A stretch of DNA of 32,000 nt from Zymomonas mobilis subsp. mobilis ATCC 10988 (GCF_000175255.2 NC_017262.1:1380001-1412000), one strand, 5' to 3'; numbered from the stretch's first letter, positions 8,305 to 17,958 are shown. The notes: generated from the letters alone by a model not told the origin. Program-made: numbers and translations.

Positions 8305-10716
8305 CTACAGACTGACATCGACCTTAAAGTAATAAAATCCGCCATTCATGCCTAATTGTGAGGTATTCATGTCATATTTGTGAATACCTATATAGCGATG
8401 CGCTAAAGGCAAACGTGTTGGATATCGATTAAACAAATTATTGGCACCAGCTGTCAAAGCCAGCTTGGCATTCACTCGATAGGTTATATCAAGATTGGTG
8501 GTATATTTAACCCGATTATGAAAAGGAAAGAATTCATAATTCGATAACAGATTTGTATTGGCCGCCCCGCCATAGTAAGAAAGCTGCGAGGTTGTATGTC
8601 CCCAACGGATTTCATGCAGGCCGACAATCCATTTTTTATCGCCACTGGTGAATTGACCGCCCCAGATAATTTTACTGCGTGGATAAGCGCTGGTGATATA
8701 GGCAATGCTTTGCTTGGTCAGAAGATCATTGCCATCAGCATCTTTTCCCTGATGAGTCAAAATCGTGCGATTGATATTGGCGGCTACACTCCAATCGATA
8801 TGGCCGATATCGCCTAAATAGGTTGGATAGCTGGCGGTAATATCAATACCTCGAGTGCGGGTATTGGCGACATTGGCAAACCAATGGGCATAAATAGAAG
8901 CGGGTGTCCAACTGGCCGCTGCCGCTGGCAAATTAAAGCCATCTAAGGCCAAGGCACTAGAGGCTTGATCTCCATAGATATTACCACCGGGTAAGATCTG
9001 CCCCCGTAATTTTATCTGATAGACATCGGCTGTAATATGTAGCCTTTTGATCGGTTCAAAAGTGACACCGGCCGTTATATTGGTTGAATGTTCCGGCTTC
9101 AATTTTTCAGAACCATTGGCCAAAGCCCCGACAGAACTCGGGCTGATAATACCCCCCGCTTGGGTTGGATAAAAAGTAACGGCGCTATAATATTCCTGTG
9201 CCAAGGTTGGAGCATGAAAGGCATTTGAAATAGTGCCTCTGAATCCTAACCATTTGAAAGGATCATAGCGCAAGGCAACCTTTCCGGTTTTGGTATCCCC
9301 GACATCAGAATAATGCTCGTAACGTCCTGCGACATCAATCTGTAGCTGTTTGACCAAATGGGTCGCTACATCGAAGTAACCGCCAAAGACATTTCGGCTG
9401 AATTTGCCTGCACTTTGGGCAGGTATACCGGGAAGAGCTTCTGACCCGCTGCCATAGGCAGATTCAAAACTACCTGCACCAATAGTATAGCTTTCATACC
9501 GATGGGTTGCGCCTCCTGCTACATTGATTACATGGGGCCAGCCGTTAATATGGAAAGCCTTGCTGAAATCAATACTATTGCTCCATTGCTGATTATTGAA
9601 ACGCTGGGCATTTTTAAAATTCGTCGGGGCTAGACCGGTATCTTTTGAAAGCTGAAGATTAGCCGAGTTTTTGACTCCGATACTATCATAATCACGACCA
9701 TAAACGCTGGATACATCCCAATTCCAGCCTTTGATCTGGCCTTTTAATCCGCCCGTTATTTCCCAGTCATTTTCATTAATGGTATCAACCGGCAAATAGC
9801 CATTGGGATAAATTGCGGCATAAGCCGGATAATCCGTCAAGGTAGAAGCAAGACGCGTGATTTCATTGGCTTCGGCATAACGATGAGCATAGGTAACCAG
9901 ACCATAGGCCTCGATATTATCGGTAATTTCGTAACCACCTTTGATTGCAAAACTTTCCCGTGTCTGTTCGGGCTGACCCAAAAATTTGTCTTTACTGTTG
10001 GTGCGTAAATCTTTTGAACTGCGATAGGTATGATTTTGGCGTAAAAAATCACCGCTGACATGCAAATAACCGCGTGATCCCAATTTGGTGCCACCATCCA
10101 GATAAACGCCTTGCTGAAAGCCGTCTTTAGCCGCGGTAATGCCCGTCAAAGTCTGGGCGTGAAAACCGTGATCCTGTTTTTTCAAAATAACATTGACAAC
10201 ACCGGCCACCGCATCGGAACCATATTGGGCAGAAGCTCCATCTCGTAAAACCTCAATATGGTCAATGGCCGCCATCGGAATCATATCGATATCTACGGGC
10301 GTTGTCCCTTGTTGCGGGCCTGCGACAGCAGAAAGATTAGCTGTGGTATGACGGCGTTTACCGTCTACCAAAACAAGGGTTTCATTAGAATTTAACCCCC
10401 TCAAACTCAAAGAATCGGTCAAGGCGCCGCTATCAAATCCAGCATTGGGAACGCTTAAGGAAGGCAATAATTGCGTCAGAGCATCGCGTAAACTGGGCAT
10501 CCCCGTCTGGGTCAGTTGTTTCGCTGAAATAATATCAATTGGAGAAATGCTTTCACTTGCCTTTTTACCCGTCTCTCGGGTGCCGGTAACAATAATGGCA
10601 TCTCCATTATTGACCGTGATATTATTTTTGTCGGCAGCTAAAACGGTATAAGGATATTGAAAAACACCGCATAAAAAAGAAAGATATAATCCTCCTTTTG
10701 GTATAAAATTTTTCAT
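8305..10716 (-). CDS. TonB-dependent outer-membrane receptor
   Basis: 803 aa with a signal peptide, a plug domain (DAIIVTGTRE ... LSLRGL ... IEVLRGASAQYGSDAVAGVVNVILK) and a long beta-barrel region. It is paralogous to the partial gene at 1-317. Confidence 0.9.
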   Translation of the reverse strand: MKNFIPKGGLYLSFLCGVFQYPYTVLAADKNNITVNNGDAIIVTGTRETGKKASESISPIDIISAKQLTQTGMPSLRDALTQLLPSLSVPNAGFDSGALTDSLSLRGLNSNETLVLVDGKRRHTTANLSAVAGPQQGTTPVDIDMIPMAAIDHIEVLRDGASAQYGSDAVAGVVNVILKKQDHGFHAQTLTGITAAKDGFQQGVYLDGGTKLGSRGYLHVSGDFLRQNHTYRSSKDLRTNSKDKFLGQPEQTRESFAIKGGYEITDNIEAYGLVTYAHRYAEANEITRLASTLTDYPAYAAIYPNGYLPVDTINENDWEITGGLKGQIKGWNWDVSSVYGRDYDSIGVKNSANLQLSKDTGLAPTNFKNAQRFNNQQWSNSIDFSKAFHINGWPHVINVAGGATHRYESYTIGAGSFESAYGSGSEALPGIPAQSAGKFSRNVFGGYFDVATHLVKQLQIDVAGRYEHYSDVGDTKTGKVALRYDPFKWLGFRGTISNAFHAPTLAQEYYSAVTFYPTQAGGIISPSSVGALANGSEKLKPEHSTNITAGVTFEPIKRLHITADVYQIKLRGQILPGGNIYGDQASSALALDGFNLPAAAASWTPASIYAHWFANVANTRTRGIDITASYPTYLGDIGHIDWSVAANINRTILTHQGKDADGNDLLTKQSIAYITSAYPRSKIIWGGQFTSGDKKWIVGLHEIRWGHTTSQLSYYGGAANTNLLSNYEFFPFHNRVKYTTNLDITYRVNAKLALTAGANNLFNRYPTRLPLAHRYIGIHKYDMNTSQLGMNGGFYYFKVDVSL

Positions 10717-11060
10717 ACCAAACCCCCATTTTAATTTTTAAATAAGAATCTCCTTGTTTTTAAATTTATATAACAATTTTTTACATTTAAAGTAATAATA
10801 TTTAAATGATGTTAAAATAAAAATATATTGCTTAAGTTTTTTAAAAATATAAAATACTGCGCAATTATTACAGATTAACCTGAAAAAATAAGATTTATAT
10901 TTATATTAATAAGCTGATAAATTGAGATAAAATCTCAAAAAAATATAAATTTCTCGGATGAGATCGTAAAATAATCTGATTAAAAATAAATATAAGGAAA
11001 CAAGAAGGCTATATTATTGAAAAATATATTGTTTATTCATCAGATATAGCCTTAATTTAA

Positions 11061-11288
11061 TTAAATACTACCAGCTAAAATAGCCGCATATTTACTCGGT
11101 ACAAATTCAATGATTTCGTAATCAGCTATTCCCTCTATCGAGAAGGGATCTTCTAACAAAATTTTTTCCAAATCCTCGCGTTTTATTTTACTGTTCACCA
11201 GTATAATACCAAAATTACTTGGGATATTGGCTATAAAATCTAGAAAATATTTAAAAATTTAATTCCATTCATAGTGAACAACAAACAT
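11061..11288 (-). pseudogene. YciI-like family gene remnant (in-frame stop at codon 10, shortened)
   Basis: My reverse-strand translation is MFVVHYEWN*IFKYFLDFIANIPSNFGIILVNSKIKREDLEKILLEDPFSIEGIADYEIIEFVPSKYAAILAGSI*. A GGAG lies 6 nt upstream of the ATG at 11288, directly after the AKR stop. The MFVV... N-terminus and the GGIIL...EDPF...A.YEI.EF.PSK C-terminus match the YciI-like pattern. There is a TAA at 11259-11261, and 76 codons is shorter than the usual ~95. Confidence 0.55.
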
Positions 11289-11299
11289 AGAATAGTCTC

Positions 11300-12286
11300 C
11301 TACCATGCATAGGCTTCAGGCGCTTCTCCCTTTGGCCCCGGCCAAATCTCATCAAGTTTTTGTAAAATTTCAGGCGAAAGAGTGCAGGATAAGGCCTTAA
11401 AATTTTGATGGAGTTGTTCAACTGTGCGGGGGCCTGTGATGGCGGCTGTCACGACCGGATTATGCAGCACCCATGCCAAGGCCACTTCTGCGGGATGGCG
11501 GCCTAATTCACGACATAAATCTTCATAGGCCTCTAATTGTGGATAAAATTTATCCACTTGCTGAAAAATGTGAGGTGCTTTTTGGGTACCTTTTTTAAGA
11601 TCCTGCAATACGCCGCTTAGCAAACCCATCCCGACCGGACTCCATGGGATAAGCCCTATTCCATAATAACGTAATGCCGGAATGACCTCTAATTCAATAC
11701 TGCGCTGGGTAAGGTTATAAAGGCTTTGTTCGGAAGCTAATCCTAACAAATGCCGCGAGGTCGCAACATTTTGTGCAGTGGCTATATCCCAGCCAGCAAA
11801 GTTACTGCTACCCACATAAGTAATTTTGCCTTCACGGATTAACTGCTCCATGGCCTGCCAGATTTCTTCCCATGGCGTATGTCTATCAACGTGATGCATC
11901 TGGTACAGATCGATATGATCGGTTTTTAATCTCCGCAGGCTATCTTCACAGGCGCGCCGGATATGATAGGCTGACAAATGGCGATCATTAGGACCTGTTC
12001 CCATGGGTTGATAGACTTTGGTCGCCAGAACGATTTTGTCGCGACGGCCTCCTTGGGATAACCAGTTACCGATAATTTCTTCAGAAAGGCCAAAACCTTG
12101 TTCCATATCAGGCGATTGGGGGCCACCATAAACATCGGCAGTATCAAAAAAATTGATGCCATGCTCCAAAGCCTCATCCATTATTTCGAAGCTGGTAATT
12201 TCATCGGTCAAATATCCGAAATTCATTGTACCCAATTCTAACCGGCTTACTTTTAATCCGGTACGACCCAAATACGTATAATCCAT
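11300..12286 (-). CDS. Aldo/keto reductase
   Basis: 328 aa with GINFFDTADVYG and other AKR signature segments, similar to the Tas/YghZ-like subgroup. Confidence 0.9.
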   Translation of the reverse strand: MDYTYLGRTGLKVSRLELGTMNFGYLTDEITSFEIMDEALEHGINFFDTADVYGGPQSPDMEQGFGLSEEIIGNWLSQGGRRDKIVLATKVYQPMGTGPNDRHLSAYHIRRACEDSLRRLKTDHIDLYQMHHVDRHTPWEEIWQAMEQLIREGKITYVGSSNFAGWDIATAQNVATSRHLLGLASEQSLYNLTQRSIELEVIPALRYYGIGLIPWSPVGMGLLSGVLQDLKKGTQKAPHIFQQVDKFYPQLEAYEDLCRELGRHPAEVALAWVLHNPVVTAAITGPRTVEQLHQNFKALSCTLSPEILQKLDEIWPGPKGEAPEAYAW

Positions 12287-12315
12287 TTCTAATAATCCTT
12301 ATTTTTAATTAAAAT

Positions 12316-13305
12316 CTATAAAGGAATTTTACTTTTAAATATTCTGGAATTATTATCTTTGTCATCACTGGTGACGATGAAGATTTCATTACTCTCTTTA
12401 TTGATAGCCATACTTGTTGTTCTTAAATTATGGCCTTCATCTCGACGAGGTAGTAGTATTTGAGCAAAGGCTATCCCTTGAGGAGAGAAGACCAGAACGC
12501 GCCCCTGACCATAGATCGCGACATAAATATTGCCGTTTTTATCGGTTCTGGTGGAATCGGGGGCCGCCCCCGTAAAATAATAAACCGCGTTAGTATCTAA
12601 AGGGACGATATGTGTCGGATCAGAGAGGGTTAAGCGGTATAAAATATTTCGGGCAAATTCCGTCACCCATACTTCTTTTCCGTTTGGGCTGATAGCAATG
12701 CCATTTGCCATTGCCAGATGGGGAAAAACGCTAACAGCGTTCTTCTTTTCAGGCGGAAGATAATAAATCCCGCCAGAAGGGTCAGTCGCATTACCGCGAA
12801 AATCGGATATATAAAGACCACCCAAGCGATCAAAAACAACATCATTTGGTAGCAGGCCAGCCGATACGGGAATAAGTATTTTTAGATTTTTTCCTTCGTG
12901 ATCAAGGCTCAATATCGCCCCTTTATTTTGGGCAATATCCAATGAGGCAATAATAATATGCCCTGTTTGATCAATGGCTAAACCACCAAGACTGATATCA
13001 TTCCGGTGAAATAGCGTTGATATTTCTTTATTTTTGCTGATGCGTAATATTCTTTTCCCGCTCAAATCAGAGAGAAGAAGCTTGCCATCTTGTTCAAATA
13101 CAGGGCCTTCAACGCCGTGAACGTCTGGCAGAGTTAGCCATTCCTCTGCAAAAACAGTCTGTAAATTCTGCTCAGAAGCGGGAATTGGGGCAAGGGAAGA
13201 CTCTTTTTTTAGGTAGTTTTCAGCATATCCTTTTTGTTCGAAAAAGAGATATGAAAACACTAAAGTACAAGCAAGACCAAAAAGTTTAAAAATACAAGCA
13301 AGCAT
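12316..13305 (-). CDS. Secreted SMP-30/gluconolactonase/LRE-like beta-propeller protein
   Basis: 329 aa with an N-terminal hydrophobic signal sequence. It has repeated propeller-blade motifs such as PNGIAISPNGKEVWVTE and GNIYVA. Confidence 0.75.
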   Translation of the reverse strand: MLACIFKLFGLACTLVFSYLFFEQKGYAENYLKKESSLAPIPASEQNLQTVFAEEWLTLPDVHGVEGPVFEQDGKLLLSDLSGKRILRISKNKEISTLFHRNDISLGGLAIDQTGHIIIASLDIAQNKGAILSLDHEGKNLKILIPVSAGLLPNDVVFDRLGGLYISDFRGNATDPSGGIYYLPPEKKNAVSVFPHLAMANGIAISPNGKEVWVTEFARNILYRLTLSDPTHIVPLDTNAVYYFTGAAPDSTRTDKNGNIYVAIYGQGRVLVFSPQGIAFAQILLPRRDEGHNLRTTSMAINKESNEIFIVTSDDKDNNSRIFKSKIPL

Positions 13306-13541
13306 TGTGTTCTCCTGCTACGAGAACACTTTAATTCTAAAATATATTTTTGATTAGATATATAATTAAAAAGATAGTTATGAATATGATTCATGAATAT
13401 TTTTTGAGATTAAAAATCCTCTATTTGAAATAGTATTATTAGGCTTTGTTATTAACGGATATTGTTATTTATAGAGATTAAGCAGGCCATTTCAAAAATA
13501 TCGAGATGATGCGCTCTCTATCAATTTTTGCTTTCTCTCTC

Positions 13542-13557
13542 TGTTCCACGTGAAACA
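13542..13557. promoter_or_regulatory. parS: parS centromere-like site
   Basis: TGTTCCACGTGAAACA fully matches the widely conserved parS consensus TGTTNCACGTGAAACA. It lies in the intergenic region upstream of mnmG. Confidence 0.75.
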
Positions 13558-13669
13558 AAAAGGCCGCATTCCGACAAATTACAGGCTCTTTTCAGGCTTA
13601 AAACAAGGTTGATGATTGTTTTTCATCCCGAAAACTGTTTGATAGCTTTTTTCTGTTTCTCCCGTCTGG

Positions 13670-15535
13670 ATGATTTTTATCCCTGTTATGAAAGAGTTTT
13701 TCGACATTGTAGTCATAGGCGGCGGTCATGCCGGTTGTGAAGCTGCGGCGGTCGCCGCTCGTATGGGGGCGAAAACCGCTCTTGTGACGATGGACAGCGA
13801 ACAGATCGGGGCAATGTCCTGTAATCCTGCAATCGGTGGATTGGGAAAAGGTCATCTGGTGCGTGAAATTGACGCATGGGATGGCTTGATGCCTCATGCG
13901 GCCGATTATGCGGCTATTCATTACCGGATGCTCAACCGCAGTAAAGGCAGCGCGGTGCAAGGGCCCCGCATACAGGCTGACCGCAATCGCTATAAAAAAG
14001 CTATCCAGACGGCCTTAAAAGAACAAGCGCATCTTACCATTATTGAAGGCATGGCTGAATCCTTCCAGATGGATAAAGGCAAGGTCAAAGCTGTTCTTTT
14101 AGCGGATGGTCGTTCGCTAAAGACTGAAAGCGTGGTGCTTACAACGGGTACTTTTTTGGATGCGTGGTTGTTCTGCGGCGAAAAGAAATGGCGGGGCGGC
14201 CGGATCGGTGAACAACCTTCCATCGGTCTCGCTGAACAATTGAAAGCCCTTGATTTACCTCTGGGCAGATTAAAAACTGGCACACCGGCAAGACTGGATG
14301 GTCGAACTATCGACTGGGCAAGATTACAACGCCAGCCTTCTGATGAAGACGCTTGGACAATGGCCAGTTATGGCACGGGGCGGGTAGCCCCTCAAATTGC
14401 TTGTTCTTTGACGCGCAGTAATCAAAAAACCCATGATATTATTCGGGCTGGACTGGATCGCTCACCACTTTTTAGTGGCGCGATAGAGGGGCGGGGGCCT
14501 CGCTATTGCCCCTCTATTGAAGATAAAATCATGAAATTCGGTGATCGTGACGGGCATCAGATTTTTCTTGAACCAGAAGGACTTGATACACCGCTGATTT
14601 ATCCGAACGGCATTTCAACCTCTCTACCGGAAGACGTGCAGCAAGCCTTTATCAACAGCATAGAAGGCCTTGAAAATACCAAAATCGTGCAATTCGGCTA
14701 TGCCGTCGAATATGAATTTATTGACCCGCGCAGCCTGACCCATCAACTGGAATTAAAGGCCTTGAAGGGCGTTTTCTGCGCTGGTCAAATTAACGGCACC
14801 ACGGGGTATGAAGAGGCCGCCGCTCAAGGTCTGGTGGCGGGTATCAGCGCGGCTTGCGCGGTCGCCGGAAAAGCGCCTCCGGTTTTCGACCGTCGTAATA
14901 GTTATATCGGGGTAATAATCGACGATCTGGTTTTACAAGGCGTTACCGAACCTTATCGGATGCTGACGGCCAGAGCCGAATATCGTCTTGGTCTCCGTGC
15001 CGATAATGCCGTGACCCGTCTATCTGGTCAGGCCAAGGCCTTCGGTGCCTTGGGGACTGAAATGACGGATTTCGTTACCAAAAGATTGGCAGAACGTGAA
15101 AAATGCCAAAAATTATTGGAAAAAGCAGCCAGCAGTCGGGATATGCAAGCCGTCGGTGCTAATGTCACCGAAGGGGCATCGCATAGCTTATTTGAATGGC
15201 TTCGTTTCCCAGCGGTGACGCGGCAACATCTCGAAGCGCTTATACCGGAACTGACAGAATTCTCGGATGCGGTCGTCTCTGAAATAATCGACGACGGGCG
15301 TTATGCGCCTTATCTTGAAAGACAGGATGCCGAACTGGCGCGTTTGGCGGGGCATGACAATATGCCGCTTCCGGCTGAACTCGATTATGCGACTATTGCG
15401 GGTCTTTCTAATGAAATGGTCGAAAAATTTTCGGCTGCCCGTCCGCCTGACATGGCCTCCGCTTCACGGGTAAGAGGCGTTACACCGGCTGCGTTGGCCG
15501 CTATTTTAATTCATGCAAAAAAAGTGACCTTATGA
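13670..15535 (+). CDS. mnmG: tRNA uridine 5-carboxymethylaminomethyl modification enzyme MnmG (GidA)
   Basis: 621-aa ORF with the FAD-binding DIVVIGGGHAGCEAA motif near the N-terminus. The ATG at 13688 (MKEFFDIVVIGGG) is an equally plausible start. Confidence 0.95.
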   Translation: MIFIPVMKEFFDIVVIGGGHAGCEAAAVAARMGAKTALVTMDSEQIGAMSCNPAIGGLGKGHLVREIDAWDGLMPHAADYAAIHYRMLNRSKGSAVQGPRIQADRNRYKKAIQTALKEQAHLTIIEGMAESFQMDKGKVKAVLLADGRSLKTESVVLTTGTFLDAWLFCGEKKWRGGRIGEQPSIGLAEQLKALDLPLGRLKTGTPARLDGRTIDWARLQRQPSDEDAWTMASYGTGRVAPQIACSLTRSNQKTHDIIRAGLDRSPLFSGAIEGRGPRYCPSIEDKIMKFGDRDGHQIFLEPEGLDTPLIYPNGISTSLPEDVQQAFINSIEGLENTKIVQFGYAVEYEFIDPRSLTHQLELKALKGVFCAGQINGTTGYEEAAAQGLVAGISAACAVAGKAPPVFDRRNSYIGVIIDDLVLQGVTEPYRMLTARAEYRLGLRADNAVTRLSGQAKAFGALGTEMTDFVTKRLAEREKCQKLLEKAASSRDMQAVGANVTEGASHSLFEWLRFPAVTRQHLEALIPELTEFSDAVVSEIIDDGRYAPYLERQDAELARLAGHDNMPLPAELDYATIAGLSNEMVEKFSAARPPDMASASRVRGVTPAALAAILIHAKKVTL

Positions 15536-16197
15536 CACGGGAAGAAGCGCTCCTCTGGCTCGACCAGCATATCGGTATTTCACGTGAAACAGTGGAAAAG
15601 CTCGATGCTTTTGTCGCTTGCCTTCATGCGGAAATGGCGCATCAAAATTTGATCGCTCGCTCGACGGTCGATGATTTATGGGGGCGTCATATTATTGATT
15701 CCGCCCAACTTCTGCCCTTGGCCAGAAAGGAAGCCGCTTTTAACAAAAAAGCCTCTCCTAAAAGCTGGCTCGATCTGGGCAGCGGTGCGGGGTTTCCGGG
15801 CATCATCATTGCCATTCTTTCCGAAATGGCGGTGACTTTGGTTGAATCCCGCCGAAAAAGAGTTGAATTTTTAGAAAAAGCCGCTGAAGCTGCCGGAACA
15901 CCTGTCACTATTTTAGGGCAAAGGCTGGAAAATATCGAACCCCAAGCCTTTGATATTATTACAGCCCGCGCCTTCGCGCCTCTGGATAAATTATGGCGAC
16001 TGGCCTTTCCTTTCTCTCACAAGGAAAGCCTATGGCTGCTTCCCAAAGGGCAAAATGCGCGGACGGAACTAGAAGAGACCCGTAAATTATGGCAAGGTGA
16101 TACCCGAATAGAGGGGAGCGTCACCGATCCGCAATCGGCGATTATTGTCGCGACCCATATTCACCCCAAAAAACAAAAAACGGGGAAGAAAACGTGA
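15532..16197 (+). CDS. rsmG: 16S rRNA (guanine527-N7)-methyltransferase RsmG (GidB)
   Basis: 221 aa with the SAM-binding motif LDLGSGAGFPGI. Its start overlaps the mnmG stop (ATGA). Confidence 0.9.
   Translation: MTREEALLWLDQHIGISRETVEKLDAFVACLHAEMAHQNLIARSTVDDLWGRHIIDSAQLLPLARKEAAFNKKASPKSWLDLGSGAGFPGIIIAILSEMAVTLVESRRKRVEFLEKAAEAAGTPVTILGQRLENIEPQAFDIITARAFAPLDKLWRLAFPFSHKESLWLLPKGQNARTELEETRKLWQGDTRIEGSVTDPQSAIIVATHIHPKKQKTGKKT
15576..15591. promoter_or_regulatory. parS: parS-like site inside the 5' end of rsmG
   Basis: TATTTCACGTGAAACA matches TGTTTCACGTGAAACA at 15 of 16 positions. The inner 12 bp (TTTCACGTGAAA) form a perfect palindrome. Confidence 0.65.
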
Positions 16198-16994
16198 TCA
16201 GAATCGCTATCGCCAATCAAAAAGGCGGCGTTGGAAAAACAACTTCTGCGATTAACCTTTCAACCGCTTTGGCGGCTATTGGCTGGCGGGTGCTGGTCAT
16301 TGATTTTGATCCTCAAGGGAACGCCTCAACTGGCCTCGGTATCAAACACGAACATCGTCGGGTTTCTGCCTATCAGGTGCTAACCGGCGAGGCGGCTTTG
16401 ACCGAAGGTGTGGTGAAAACGGCGGTTCCGGGATTGGAGATTATTCCGGCAACGGTCGATCTTTCCGGTGCAGAAATTGATCTTCTCAGTATCGGGGAAA
16501 GAACCCATCGACTGGCGCATGTGCTCGACACCGCGCCGCCTGACCGTTGGGATGCCTGTCTGATTGACTGTCCGCCCTCATTGGGACTTTTGACCGTCAA
16601 TGCTCTTGTTGCTGCCCATAAATTGATGGTGCCGCTGCAATGTGAATTTTTTGCCCTCGAAGGTTTGAGCCAGCTTCTAACCACTATCGAACGGGTGCGG
16701 TCACGCTTTAATCCCAGCCTGTCTATCCTCGGGGTTACGCTTACCATGTATGACCGCCGTAACCGGCTGTCCGATCAGGTCGCCGATGATGTGCGGGAAG
16801 TCTTGGGGCGGGTCGTTTTTAACACGACTATTCCTCGTAATGTTCGACTTTCCGAAGCGCCGAGCCATGGTATCCCCGCGTTAATTTACGATCATCGTTG
16901 TGCCGGATCAGAAGCCTATATGGCTCTGGCACGTGAAGTCATCGATCGACTTTCCAGTAAGAAAACTTTTTATCAATCACAGGTATCTGCATGA
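16194..16994 (+). CDS. parA: Chromosome partitioning ATPase ParA
   Basis: 266 aa with the deviant Walker A motif NQKGGVGKTT. The GTG start overlaps the rsmG stop. Confidence 0.95.
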   Translation: MIRIAIANQKGGVGKTTSAINLSTALAAIGWRVLVIDFDPQGNASTGLGIKHEHRRVSAYQVLTGEAALTEGVVKTAVPGLEIIPATVDLSGAEIDLLSIGERTHRLAHVLDTAPPDRWDACLIDCPPSLGLLTVNALVAAHKLMVPLQCEFFALEGLSQLLTTIERVRSRFNPSLSILGVTLTMYDRRNRLSDQVADDVREVLGRVVFNTTIPRNVRLSEAPSHGIPALIYDHRCAGSEAYMALAREVIDRLSSKKTFYQSQVSA

Positions 16995-17926
16995 GTTTCG
17001 ACAAGAAAAACCGTCCTCGTAAAAAAGGCGGCCTTGGTCGCGGTCTTTCCGCTTTATTAGGCGAGATTGCCGAAGAAACATTGGGCGATAATCCAGATAC
17101 TGGCAACGAAAATGCCCCCTCCGGCGCAGTTCGTAGTTTACCTGTTGCTGCTATTTTCCCGCATCCAGACCAGCCCCGCCGGATTTTTGACGAAACGGCC
17201 TTAAACGAACTCACCGAATCCATTGCCCAAAGGGGTGTTTTGCAACCGATCGTTGTCCGCCCGAAAGGAAGCGGCTGGCAAATCGTGGCAGGCGAACGCC
17301 GCTGGCGGGCTGCCCAGCGGGCAAGGCTGCATGATATTCCTGTTATTGTTCGGGAATTTGACGAATCCGAAACGCTGGAAGTTGCTCTGATCGAAAACAT
17401 CCAACGCTCGGAATTAAACGCAATTGAGGAAGCCAAGGCCTATCAACGCCTTGCCGAACAATTCGGCCACAGCCCCGAAGCATTATCCAAGCTCGTTCGG
17501 AAATCCAGAAGCCATATTACCAATCTGCTCCGCCTTCTCGATTTGCCCGAGGTGGTGCAGGATGCGCTGATTACGCGACAATTAACTATGGGACATGCCC
17601 GCGCCCTGATTACCGCTCCAGACCCACAAAAGCTGGCTGAAAAGGTCATCGAAAAAGGCTTATCGGTGCGCGATACCGAAAAGCTGGTGCAGGAAATTAA
17701 AAACGGCAAGAGTAAAGAACCACCCAGCAAAGCGAAAAAAGGCCAAACGCTGGCGGCTGACGGCGATGATGCCGATATTCTAGCCTTGCAGCAATTATTG
17801 ACAGAATCCCTGAAACTACCCGTCACCATCGCCTATAATGGCGAAAGCGGTACGATCAGCCTAGATTACAGCTCGATGGATGAATTAGACTTTCTCTTCC
17901 AACGGCTTTCCGGCTCTGATTTCTAA
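16991..17926 (+). CDS. parB: Chromosome partitioning protein ParB
   Basis: 311 aa with N-terminal GLGRGLSALL, the ParB box IVAGERRWRAA and an HTH region. Its start overlaps the parA stop (ATGA). Confidence 0.95.
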   Translation: MSFDKKNRPRKKGGLGRGLSALLGEIAEETLGDNPDTGNENAPSGAVRSLPVAAIFPHPDQPRRIFDETALNELTESIAQRGVLQPIVVRPKGSGWQIVAGERRWRAAQRARLHDIPVIVREFDESETLEVALIENIQRSELNAIEEAKAYQRLAEQFGHSPEALSKLVRKSRSHITNLLRLLDLPEVVQDALITRQLTMGHARALITAPDPQKLAEKVIEKGLSVRDTEKLVQEIKNGKSKEPPSKAKKGQTLAADGDDADILALQQLLTESLKLPVTIAYNGESGTISLDYSSMDELDFLFQRLSGSDF

Positions 17927-17958
17927 AATCCGCCAATCGTAATTGATGTGGTTTTCTC

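Noticed and set aside
10921-10945. Short hairpin TTGAGAT-AAA-ATCTCAA as terminator of the AKR/YciI transcript
   Set aside because: The 7-bp all-weak stem sits in AT-rich DNA, and the T-run is on the wrong side for the - strand transcript.
13528-13960. ORFs 13528-13740 (+) and 13598-13960 (-) around the mnmG start
   Set aside because: They overlap the mnmG 5' region and the parS-containing intergenic region, and they show no protein-like features.
16939-17829. 165-aa, 67-aa and 128-aa - strand ORFs opposite parB
   Set aside because: These are antisense shadow ORFs in a GC-rich conserved gene, with Arg/Ser-rich, low-complexity translations.
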